From: a virus
Lineage: Duplodnaviria; Caudoviricetes
Length of the DNA: 64,000 bases
IMG/VR virus record: IMGVR_UViG_3300040935_000019
Location: 809-64,808 of that record
Direction: 5' to 3' (one strand)
Positions 46,232-54,806 of the stretch are shown one piece after another. Made by a program: the position numbers and the translations under genes. A model generated the notes under the pieces. It saw nothing but the letters and a program-made list of their open reading frames with translations, did not search any database and had not been told where the DNA came from. Within the stretch, counting starts at the first letter, position 1. Every line of letters begins with the position of its first letter.

Positions 46232-47863
46232 GTGAGGGCGCTAAGTTCAACTTTTGATGTGATAAAACGAGAAATCAACATTGTTGATGTAGTTTCTAAC
46301 TACACTTCCCTTAAGAAATCTAATGGAAGGTATTATGGATTGTGCCCGTTACATAAGGAAGATACACCCTCATTTTATGTGAATGAAGAGCTTGGACTTT
46401 TCTATTGCTTTGGTTGCATGAGGGGTGGAAGTGTTATAGATTTTCTAATGTATGCGGAAAATCTTGATTTAAGCGAAGTACCAGAGTTTGTTGAAAAAAG
46501 GTATGGCTTAAGGGTTTCACAGGAGGTAAGTGTCAGTACCTTCAGAAAGCTGAGGGTTTTATCTGGAAAGTATACGGATAGGGAATTTTTGGAGAAGTTT
46601 ATTATAGAAAGATTTGGCTTTTTGGACGAAACTACTTTAAATAATCTTTACTATATAGGAAAAAAGAACATGAAAGAATTTATTTCTGAATTTTCAAAGG
46701 AAGAAATTGAGTTTTTGCGATCAAAAGGTATTAGTTTTTATTCTTCAGAGCCCTCTTTTTACCATAGGGCGTATTTGTTTATCAAAGACGAACACGGTAA
46801 CGAAGTTGGAATAAGCGGGAGAACAACGCTTAATAGAAACCCAAAGTATTTGCATTCTAAATTTCCAACCTCCAAGTTTCTTCCCCTGATAGATATAGCT
46901 AAAAAGTTTCAGAAAAGTTACGTCTTTGTAACTGAGGGAATCTTTGATGCCTTAGCCTTTATAGCCGCCGGACATCCTGCAGTTTCTCTATTGGGAACTA
47001 GGCTTAGTGAAGAAAAGATAAACCTGCTTGAAAAAAACTTTACTGAGATTTACTTTGTTTTTGATGCCGATGACGCTGGAATGAGGGCTAGGCACATGAC
47101 TGCAAATTTACTTGTAAAGTCCAATAAACTTCCAGATTCGTATTTTTTAACTCCAACTAAGGATGCCGATGAGATGCTTAAAGAATTTGGAAAAGAGTTT
47201 GTGGACAAGCTTTTAGAGACAAAGGTTAGAGTAGAAGAAGAATTTATAAACCACAAAGCAATTATTGCGTACAACTCACTTAGTACAAAAAGTGAAACCT
47301 CAGTTAAGAACGAAACAATACGTAGAGTATTGTTAGAGATATCAAATTATAAAGAAAATCCTATGGAATATAAAGTGTTAGAAAAGCTTTCGGATATGAC
47401 AGATTATCCGCTTTCTGGACTACTTCAATACCTTGAAAGAGTGAAAACTTCGTCAAAGATGAAGGCTTATAAGGAGCTTAAAAGCTTTAACGTGTTTAAG
47501 TTTACGCTGATTGAGCAACGAATAATTTCCACGCTTTTGAAGTTGTCTAGCCAAGAAAGAGATGAAATATTTAGAAACTATATCAGAAAAAACAAATCTG
47601 CTTTTAACCCAGAAGCCTTTGGAATTATTGAATCTATTAGTTCTGGAGATTTAAATTTGGAAGTGGTCAAATTCTTAGCGGTTAATAAATTGCCCGCACC
47701 CTTTTCATCGAAGAACGAATTATTAACGAGTATTTTAGAGTTTGTAAATAAAAAATCTTCAATAGAGAAGGTATTGAGGATTTCTAAAAGAATTAGCATG
47801 AAAAAAGAAGTTAATGAAGAGAATAAAGTAAAAATGGAGGGTAGTAGCGAAGATGAACTATGA
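46232..47863 (+). CDS. dnaG: DnaG-type primase
   Basis: CPLHKEDTPSF..CFGC Zn finger, PKYLHS, EGIFDA, FDADDAG, KDADE; TTGACA-17-TATCAT lies 6 nt before the GTG. Confidence 0.93.
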   Translation: MRALSSTFDVIKREINIVDVVSNYTSLKKSNGRYYGLCPLHKEDTPSFYVNEELGLFYCFGCMRGGSVIDFLMYAENLDLSEVPEFVEKRYGLRVSQEVSVSTFRKLRVLSGKYTDREFLEKFIIERFGFLDETTLNNLYYIGKKNMKEFISEFSKEEIEFLRSKGISFYSSEPSFYHRAYLFIKDEHGNEVGISGRTTLNRNPKYLHSKFPTSKFLPLIDIAKKFQKSYVFVTEGIFDALAFIAAGHPAVSLLGTRLSEEKINLLEKNFTEIYFVFDADDAGMRARHMTANLLVKSNKLPDSYFLTPTKDADEMLKEFGKEFVDKLLETKVRVEEEFINHKAIIAYNSLSTKSETSVKNETIRRVLLEISNYKENPMEYKVLEKLSDMTDYPLSGLLQYLERVKTSSKMKAYKELKSFNVFKFTLIEQRIISTLLKLSSQERDEIFRNYIRKNKSAFNPEAFGIIESISSGDLNLEVVKFLAVNKLPAPFSSKNELLTSILEFVNKKSSIEKVLRISKRISMKKEVNEENKVKMEGSSEDEL

Positions 47864-48764
47864 ATTAATGAATAAAGATCCTGAGCAAGTAGAACTAAGT
47901 AATATTGAGGATTTGATTTTACACATAAAAGAAGATTTACATGAACGAATTCATCTTTCTGCGTCATCATTAAAGCAATATCTGGCGTGTCCTAGAAGTT
48001 TCCTTTTTAATAAAATTTTGAAGCCAAAACCCACTCACCCCAGTTATCATTGGGGGTGGTTTGGAACAATGGTTCACAATAGTATATATTATTCTTTTTC
48101 AGATTTTGAAGACGGCGAATGGATTCCAAGAAATAATATTGTTCGTTCTTATCAGGATGTCAAGGATTTTTACGATAAGTACTTTCAAGGAAAATTTGAA
48201 GATCACGAAGTTCTTAAAAAGATTAATGAGTTTGAACTTATTGACCAAGAAGAGTTTGTGTTTTTTAGACCAACTAAAGCAGAAATTAGTGGCATTTACG
48301 AAACTGGACTTTCTTTGATCGAAGCTGGTATTAGGTTTGTTAGTAAGTTGTTTTCAAAAAATGTTCACTCAATACAAGTGGAAAAGGAAATATTCTTTAA
48401 ACCATCGAAGTTTAGAATATTAGGCTACATTGATATGAAGTTTGAGCATAATGGCAACATATATTTCGTAGATTTTAAAACTTCTAGAGTGCCATTAAAG
48501 GGCCAAGAATTGTCAGAGGATTTGCAGTTCTATTTATATAACAAATATTTGAGAGAGAAGTATAATACAAATAGAGTTTATGGATTTTTGGTTCACTTGA
48601 GATCTAATACGGCGTATCGTCATACAGTAAACGAAGAAATAGAAGAAAAGAACATAAGAAAAATTCAAATGATTGAGGAAGAAATTCTTAAAAAGAACTT
48701 TCCTCAAAACTTTGGGCCTCTTTGCAGGTATTGTGAATTTAGAGGCTACTGCAACATAAAATGA
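47853..48764 (+). CDS. PD-(D/E)XK RecB/Cas4-like exonuclease with Fe-S cysteines
   Basis: LSASSL..CPR, GTMVH, GYID..VDFKTS, QFYLY, CRYCEFRGYC. Confidence 0.85.
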   Translation: MNYELMNKDPEQVELSNIEDLILHIKEDLHERIHLSASSLKQYLACPRSFLFNKILKPKPTHPSYHWGWFGTMVHNSIYYSFSDFEDGEWIPRNNIVRSYQDVKDFYDKYFQGKFEDHEVLKKINEFELIDQEEFVFFRPTKAEISGIYETGLSLIEAGIRFVSKLFSKNVHSIQVEKEIFFKPSKFRILGYIDMKFEHNGNIYFVDFKTSRVPLKGQELSEDLQFYLYNKYLREKYNTNRVYGFLVHLRSNTAYRHTVNEEIEEKNIRKIQMIEEEILKKNFPQNFGPLCRYCEFRGYCNIK

Positions 48765-48768
48765 AAAT

Positions 48769-49128
48769 ATGCTTTCAGTAGCAGAAGTGAAAAACGTTTT
48801 GAATGAGATTTATTCAAGGCTCTCCTTTTTGTATAAGAAAGGATTTATAAAGCATTTTTCTTCTGAGCTTATAATGGACAAAATCAATAGTGATGATTTG
48901 GTATTTTATGTAAAAGAGATTTTTTTAAAACCTTACGAAAGAAAAATTTTTGAAGACGAAACTTTGACACAAAAAGAAAAATTAGAGATTCTTGAAGAGT
49001 ACTCTTATGTATTTTCAGAAATTGATAAAGTTATAAAAGATTTTCTGCGTTTAAAGGAACAGGTGGAAAAAGAAAAAGAGTCCATTGGTCTAAGCGTTGC
49101 AAAAAGGTTTGCAGAGAAAAAATTTTGA
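48769..49128 (+). CDS. Hypothetical protein
   Basis: 119-aa ORF. Confidence 0.6.
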   Translation: MLSVAEVKNVLNEIYSRLSFLYKKGFIKHFSSELIMDKINSDDLVFYVKEIFLKPYERKIFEDETLTQKEKLEILEEYSYVFSEIDKVIKDFLRLKEQVEKEKESIGLSVAKRFAEKKF

Positions 49129-49161
49129 AGCGCATAATGTAACATATAGAAAGGAGAGGCA

Positions 49162-49608
49162 ATGAACAATACTTTAGATCTACTAGTAATACAAGATCAG
49201 GACTTAAAAAATAAAATAAATGAGCACATTTCCTTTTTCATGCAAAGCTTAGTTTCTTTTATAACATTTTCTTACTTAGTTGGAAAATCGGAGGAAAATG
49301 AAGAACATAGGCAAAAACTTTTAGATTTTATGAAATTTTCCATGCCCGATCTCTCAGAAAAAGAGATTGAGGAAAACTTGGACATTCAAAAAGCTTTAGA
49401 AAGTTTTAAAAACTATACTTTAAGAAGTCTAATTCAAATAGTTATGATTGCGGCACAAAATTCAGATAAAATAAAGGTTCTTGAAGGATTTTCTCACCTT
49501 ATGGATGAGTACGTAGATTTAGTTATTAATGAAGATTCTATCGATGACAATACCAAATTAAAAATTTTGGAATCGGTAAGGGTTGCAAATAAAATCTTAA
49601 ACGCTTGA
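49162..49608 (+). CDS. Hypothetical protein
   Basis: 148 aa with an AGGAG SD. Confidence 0.65.
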   Translation: MNNTLDLLVIQDQDLKNKINEHISFFMQSLVSFITFSYLVGKSEENEEHRQKLLDFMKFSMPDLSEKEIEENLDIQKALESFKNYTLRSLIQIVMIAAQNSDKIKVLEGFSHLMDEYVDLVINEDSIDDNTKLKILESVRVANKILNA

Positions 49609-49662
49609 TGGAGAGTTTTTTCATAAAAGTTTGTATAATCAAAAAAGGAGGAGAAGTAGATT

Positions 49663-50883
49663 ATGCTAAATAGCCATCATTTTAAAGTGCTTAAGGCTGG
49701 TTGGGGAGTATCTGTGGAGGGTCCCTATACCTATTTAGCCCGAAAGTCTGACGGCGCTCCATTTGAGTATTTTCTTAACCCTGCAGTTTACAGTGGTGTA
49801 ACTAGTGAAGTTTATCATGACGGTACCGGATACAAACTTATGACCGCATCTTACCTGGACGACCGTTATTCTGTTGGTCAGCAAAATAGGCCTGTGTTTG
49901 GTGGTAGCAATGCTTATCCACTTTACCTTTCTACTGGACCCCTTGTTAACACTGATGCGTATGAGCTTATCAAGCTTCCTAAATCTGGCAAACTTGTTCC
50001 TTGGCTTTTAGTTAGAGCTTACGATTATAGGTTGGCCTCTTTTGAGTTTTATACTCTCACCCTACAGAAGTCGTTCAGCGATCTCTTGACTGATACAGAC
50101 CTTCCTGGAGCTACAGAGGACGATAAGTTGTCTGCTCTCACCAATGAAGCCACCCTTAGAGGTTATCTTTTCACAAAACTAGTTAACGCTTTAACTGGTA
50201 TTTTTGGTACTTCTGTTGTTATAGACCCATCTACTCAAGAGTTTTATTTCCAGGAATCTCAAACTCCGTTTGTAGGGGAGCATGTGTTGTCTTATGGGTA
50301 TGGAGAGCTTAACAAGGGCTCTTACCTTGATGCTCTTCTAAATGTAAACTTTGGTAGGGTTGGTAGAGATTATACCTTTGCTTCGATAAGAACTCCCTAT
50401 CCTCTAGAAAAACCTCTTTCTGGGATGTTTACAGTGATGCAACGTCCAGAGCGCCTTAATGATCTAAGCCTTGTTGTTAAGAATGCTATACAAAACGCAC
50501 TTTCTGCATTTACTGATGCTTCCGATACAGTTAAACAGGCATTTGAAGCCTTAGTAAGTAGAGTTGCCGCCGAAAAAGTCAATGATTGGTTTAGAGGCGT
50601 GAGCTATAAGATTGATATTGGTGGCGGAAAGTATTTAGAGGCCAAGGTTTTCCTGGCCTTCCATGGTTCCCCAAGAGGTGGTCTTGCTTTAGTAAACTTT
50701 GGCTCTAGTAGCTATTATGCTGTTCCAGTTATTCTTGGAGATATCTTTGATTATGAAGAGAACGAATTTGATAGGGCTTATCCTGATTCCAAGTCTTATG
50801 TTACCGGCCCTTACGGCTCTATTCCTATTTACGATGCCTCTGGAAACATTATTGGTTGGGCAAGTGATGCCTACAATAAATAA
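49663..50883 (+). CDS. Hypothetical, probably abundant virion protein
   Basis: 406 aa; own TATAAT, strong SD and own terminator. Confidence 0.7.
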   Translation: MLNSHHFKVLKAGWGVSVEGPYTYLARKSDGAPFEYFLNPAVYSGVTSEVYHDGTGYKLMTASYLDDRYSVGQQNRPVFGGSNAYPLYLSTGPLVNTDAYELIKLPKSGKLVPWLLVRAYDYRLASFEFYTLTLQKSFSDLLTDTDLPGATEDDKLSALTNEATLRGYLFTKLVNALTGIFGTSVVIDPSTQEFYFQESQTPFVGEHVLSYGYGELNKGSYLDALLNVNFGRVGRDYTFASIRTPYPLEKPLSGMFTVMQRPERLNDLSLVVKNAIQNALSAFTDASDTVKQAFEALVSRVAAEKVNDWFRGVSYKIDIGGGKYLEAKVFLAFHGSPRGGLALVNFGSSSYYAVPVILGDIFDYEENEFDRAYPDSKSYVTGPYGSIPIYDASGNIIGWASDAYNK

Positions 50884-50897
50884 GGTTATTGTTATAG

Positions 50898-50926
50898 ATT
50901 AGGCCCCATTTGGGGCCTAATTTTTT
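50898..50926 (+). terminator. Intrinsic terminator
   Basis: ATTAGGCCCCA-TT-TGGGGCCTAAT followed by a T-run. Confidence 0.8.
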
Positions 50927-50967
50927 CTTTTTGTTTTTTCCTTTTACTCTGTGATAATATTTCTTTT

Positions 50968-51366
50968 GTGAACTGTAATAGCTCCGCTGTTCCAACTGTA
51001 GGTATACATTACATTTTAGAGCTTTCTGCAAAAGAGAAAGATTTTTTGCTTAATAATCATAAAGTTTTGGAGTTCTTTAACAACACACTAAAGGAAATAG
51101 AGGCAACAATAGTATCTGTTTCTTTTAAAGAGTTTAACAATTGCGGGATGAGTGGAGTTTTTGTTTTGGCAGAATCGCATTTTTCCTTTCATACGTGGCC
51201 AGAAGAAAATTATGTTTCTGTTGACTTATATGTTTGCGGATCAAAAACCAAACATTCTAAATTCCTTAAAGAAATTTCTAAAAAATTTGAAGTAAATGAT
51301 GTTTTAATAGTTAAAAGGGGAATCAGAGACCACATAAAATTTAAGATAGAGAAATTTGACGTATGA
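50968..51366 (+). CDS. speD: S-adenosylmethionine decarboxylase proenzyme
   Basis: GIHYILE, GMSGVFVLAESHFSFHTWPE, VDLYVCG. Confidence 0.92.
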   Translation: MNCNSSAVPTVGIHYILELSAKEKDFLLNNHKVLEFFNNTLKEIEATIVSVSFKEFNNCGMSGVFVLAESHFSFHTWPEENYVSVDLYVCGSKTKHSKFLKEISKKFEVNDVLIVKRGIRDHIKFKIEKFDV

Positions 51367-52031
51367 ATAAAATATTTATAAACTTTATAAATTACGGGAA
51401 AACCTTGGTAGAAAAGCTTTCTAGTGGTGGTAACATTTATAAAATTTTGGGAATTTTTGGAATAGCGATAAATCATCTTCGCTTAGATTTTTTGAAGCAT
51501 GTTAATTCTCTTTCAGTTTTTAAAGATAAAGAGGCGCTTTTAAATATTTTTCTAAAAAGAAAAGACGAACTTTCAAATATTTTATCTTACGACTCTATAG
51601 ACTTTAAGAATGAGTACTTATATAGCGATTATGAGTCCATAATCAAATCCTCCTTCGACTTGGATTACCCATACGATGAGAGTTTGAGGCTTAAATTTTC
51701 CGGTAACATCACAAGAAGCGGAATGGAGGAAATTTTTAGGTGGAAAGTTATATATAAATCCTGTTATCAAAATACCTTTGACGATGAATTCTGTAGAAAT
51801 TTAGCAAGCGAAGTTAATATAAACATACTATCAATAGAAAATGAAATTTCTGAAGACGGAGAAATTTTTTATATGCCAGAAACTACTTATTCAATTGTGT
51901 TTTACATAACTCCCAAAACTGAGGGGGCTAGAATGTATTTAAATACTATCAAACACTACAAAGAATTTTTGGAAAACATAGACAATTTTAGAAGAGAAAT
52001 GATATTTTACAAGGTTGCGGCGATTATTTGA
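51363..52031 (+). CDS. Hypothetical protein (possibly baseplate-related)
   Basis: 222 aa; ATGA overlap with speD. Confidence 0.6.
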   Translation: MNKIFINFINYGKTLVEKLSSGGNIYKILGIFGIAINHLRLDFLKHVNSLSVFKDKEALLNIFLKRKDELSNILSYDSIDFKNEYLYSDYESIIKSSFDLDYPYDESLRLKFSGNITRSGMEEIFRWKVIYKSCYQNTFDDEFCRNLASEVNINILSIENEISEDGEIFYMPETTYSIVFYITPKTEGARMYLNTIKHYKEFLENIDNFRREMIFYKVAAII

Positions 52032-52049
52032 TAGAATCAAATAGTAGAT

Positions 52050-54806
52050 ATGACTATCGAAAGTGTAGAAAAAGTATTAAAGGACCTAGTATCTTATAGG
52101 GTACAAAGAAAGGTACCCGTAAAGGCCTCAAGAGCAAAAATTGTAGAATATGGGAGAGGTAAAAATTATCCAGGAACAAGGCCTTTAATAACTTATCGAG
52201 CTATAGCTTGGTCCTCCCCAACAGTGTTTTCTATTTTAGTTTTTAGAAAAAATCAGGTGGCGAAAAAAGAAATCACCATAGTTCCTGCCTCAAAAGAAGA
52301 GCCCCCCTTTCGTTTTGATCTTCTTGAATATGATTTGGAAGTTTACCCAAATATACCTAGCCTAGATATTTCTGAAGCTAGAGCGCTTACAAAGATAGCG
52401 TTGAAACTTAAGAGAAACAACCTTAGCGTACTTAACCGAAAAAAGATAAGAGATATTTTAACTCCAGGGGAGGTTGCACTATTAGATTATTTGAACGATA
52501 AACACGTTGATTTTTATTTTAGACGAACAGATGACTCTAAAAGAATTTTGAACTTTTTAAGAAAGCCAGATCCCTATTTTATGGAGGAAAACAGTTGGTT
52601 TTCTTTGATTCATAATGTTTTGGACGATCTTCTAACTATTGATAGAGGTGTTCTCTATAAAATAAGAAACGAGAAAGGAGAGCTTGTTGCCCTAACTCCT
52701 CTAGATGGAACCACAATCAAACCTGTAGTAAATGAGGAAACAGGAGCAATAGAATACTATGTACAAGAAGTCGATGGAGAGGTTGTAAGTGATTACTTAG
52801 ATAAAAGAGACATAGTGATTTTCAAACAAAATTACAGTCCAGACATTTACCTTTATGGCTACGGTGTTCCTCCGTTAGAAGTTTTGTACACGGTAGTTTT
52901 AACGGATATCTTTATTGATAAAGGAAATTTGGATTATTACAAAAAAGGAGGAAGTGTACCTGAGGGTATTATTGCTGTGGAACCCCCAGGCGAGGCTGAA
53001 GGAGATCCTTATCCTCAGCTATCTCGTGAACAGTTGGAAGGTATACAAAGACAATTACAAGCCATTCTAATTGGCGATCATACACAAATACCAATTGTGA
53101 GTGGCGGTAAGTTTACGTGGATTGATTTTAAAGGAAAAAGAAGGGATATGCAGTATAAAGAGTTGGCAGATTATGTGGCAAGAAAAATTTGCGCCGTTTA
53201 TCAAGTGTCCCCTCAAGATGTTGGAATTTTAGAGGGTGCTAATAAAGCCGTAGCAGAAGTTATGGCTTCTTTGACCAAGGCCAAAGGATTAGAGCCTCTT
53301 TTGTCAACCATTTCTAGAGGTTTTGATTCTGTCATAAAAGAATTTAGAAAGGAGGGCGATTTAAAACTTTGGTTTGATGATGAAGATCTAGAGAAAGAAA
53401 GAGAAAAATGGACTATAACCCAAGGGCAATTATCGGCTGGGGTAAAGACAATTAATGAGGTTAGGATGGAAAAAGGGTTGCCTCCAGTACCTTGGGGAGA
53501 TACGCCATTTATGGGCCTAAGAAACTGGATTCCGCCACAAGAGGAGGGGCAACCAGGGCAATCAAAACAGCCAGGAGGCAGTCAACAGGAAGCGCAAGCA
53601 CTTCTCCAAGCGCTTGCGCAAAATAAATCTCTTGTTGAGGTTATTAATCCTCTAGTTAATGATCAAAACTATCTTAGCGATGAGGAAGAAAGGAAAGAAA
53701 TTTTTAAGGCATTAGGAATAAATATACCAGATAAAAATGAGGAGAATGGCGGTAGAGAAATAAAACTGGAAGATTTTACAAAAGAAGTTCTTTTAAAAGA
53801 AATATTAGATTATTCGTTATATTGCGATGAAGGAGAACTTTCTTTGGTCTTGTTAGTACCAGAAAGTATTAATAGAAACAGAATGATTGCGTTTTTATCC
53901 TCTTTGGGAATTTTTGAAAGTACGCCTTCTATCTACTTGGATACCGGAATAGTAAAAATTAGTATGAAAGCTTTTAGAAAAACAAATGTACCTAAAGAGG
54001 TTGAAACCGAAATAGACAAACTTTTAGAGAGAAACAAGTTTGACTATGTTATATTCTGCACAAATCCGAATGTATTTGATGAAATGACGAGAAATTTAGA
54101 TGGCTTAGACGTATGTAAAGATAAATTGTCATATCTTACAAATAAGGTTACACAAAAGTTACTGGAAAACCCGATGGAATACCTATTGGATGTGGACTTT
54201 GAAAGCAAGGAGGATGTATTAAAAGATATAGTTAAAGGTTTTAATATAAAGTCAAAGTTTGTTTTTGAGAAGTCTTTAAAACCCGAGCAAATTGTAAAGA
54301 TAGCTAAAGTTCTTTTGAGGGATAGAGAACTTGATAAATCACTTTCGTTGAATAAAATTTACGCTGATTTCTTTCTGCTGTTTATATTAGAAAGTGATGA
54401 CTTTGAGGGAGGGCCAGAAGAAAATTCAAGGTACGGAAAAAAGATAGCGGAATATTTAAATGACACATCTATTGATACACTTCTATCGTTCATCAGAAGA
54501 CATTACTCTGGGGACTTGTTGGACATTTATCGTAATTTCCTCATCACTTTTACACCCAAAGATTATGTGGATGTTGAGAGGTTTATCAGATATTCTGATT
54601 ATCACTTAAAAAGCGATGTTGAGCTTTGCGTTTTTTACAATATTTCACCTATAAAGATAGTTAAAAACATTTTTGAGGACGAGATCTTGCCAATAGAAAT
54701 GAAGAATGTTGTTAGTAAGTATATATCTGGTGAACATTTAGACGATATAGATTTGTATAACATAAATTCCTTAATTAAAGACTTCTCAGAAGATGAACAG
54801 CAATAG
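52050..54806 (+). CDS. Portal protein with long C-terminal extension
   Basis: DLLTIDRG, LTPLDGTTI, YGYGVPPLE, ICAVYQVSPQDVG and TINEVR..GLPPVPWGD portal motifs in the first ~495 aa. Confidence 0.88.
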   Translation: MTIESVEKVLKDLVSYRVQRKVPVKASRAKIVEYGRGKNYPGTRPLITYRAIAWSSPTVFSILVFRKNQVAKKEITIVPASKEEPPFRFDLLEYDLEVYPNIPSLDISEARALTKIALKLKRNNLSVLNRKKIRDILTPGEVALLDYLNDKHVDFYFRRTDDSKRILNFLRKPDPYFMEENSWFSLIHNVLDDLLTIDRGVLYKIRNEKGELVALTPLDGTTIKPVVNEETGAIEYYVQEVDGEVVSDYLDKRDIVIFKQNYSPDIYLYGYGVPPLEVLYTVVLTDIFIDKGNLDYYKKGGSVPEGIIAVEPPGEAEGDPYPQLSREQLEGIQRQLQAILIGDHTQIPIVSGGKFTWIDFKGKRRDMQYKELADYVARKICAVYQVSPQDVGILEGANKAVAEVMASLTKAKGLEPLLSTISRGFDSVIKEFRKEGDLKLWFDDEDLEKEREKWTITQGQLSAGVKTINEVRMEKGLPPVPWGDTPFMGLRNWIPPQEEGQPGQSKQPGGSQQEAQALLQALAQNKSLVEVINPLVNDQNYLSDEEERKEIFKALGINIPDKNEENGGREIKLEDFTKEVLLKEILDYSLYCDEGELSLVLLVPESINRNRMIAFLSSLGIFESTPSIYLDTGIVKISMKAFRKTNVPKEVETEIDKLLERNKFDYVIFCTNPNVFDEMTRNLDGLDVCKDKLSYLTNKVTQKLLENPMEYLLDVDFESKEDVLKDIVKGFNIKSKFVFEKSLKPEQIVKIAKVLLRDRELDKSLSLNKIYADFFLLFILESDDFEGGPEENSRYGKKIAEYLNDTSIDTLLSFIRRHYSGDLLDIYRNFLITFTPKDYVDVERFIRYSDYHLKSDVELCVFYNISPIKIVKNIFEDEILPIEMKNVVSKYISGEHLDDIDLYNINSLIKDFSEDEQQ

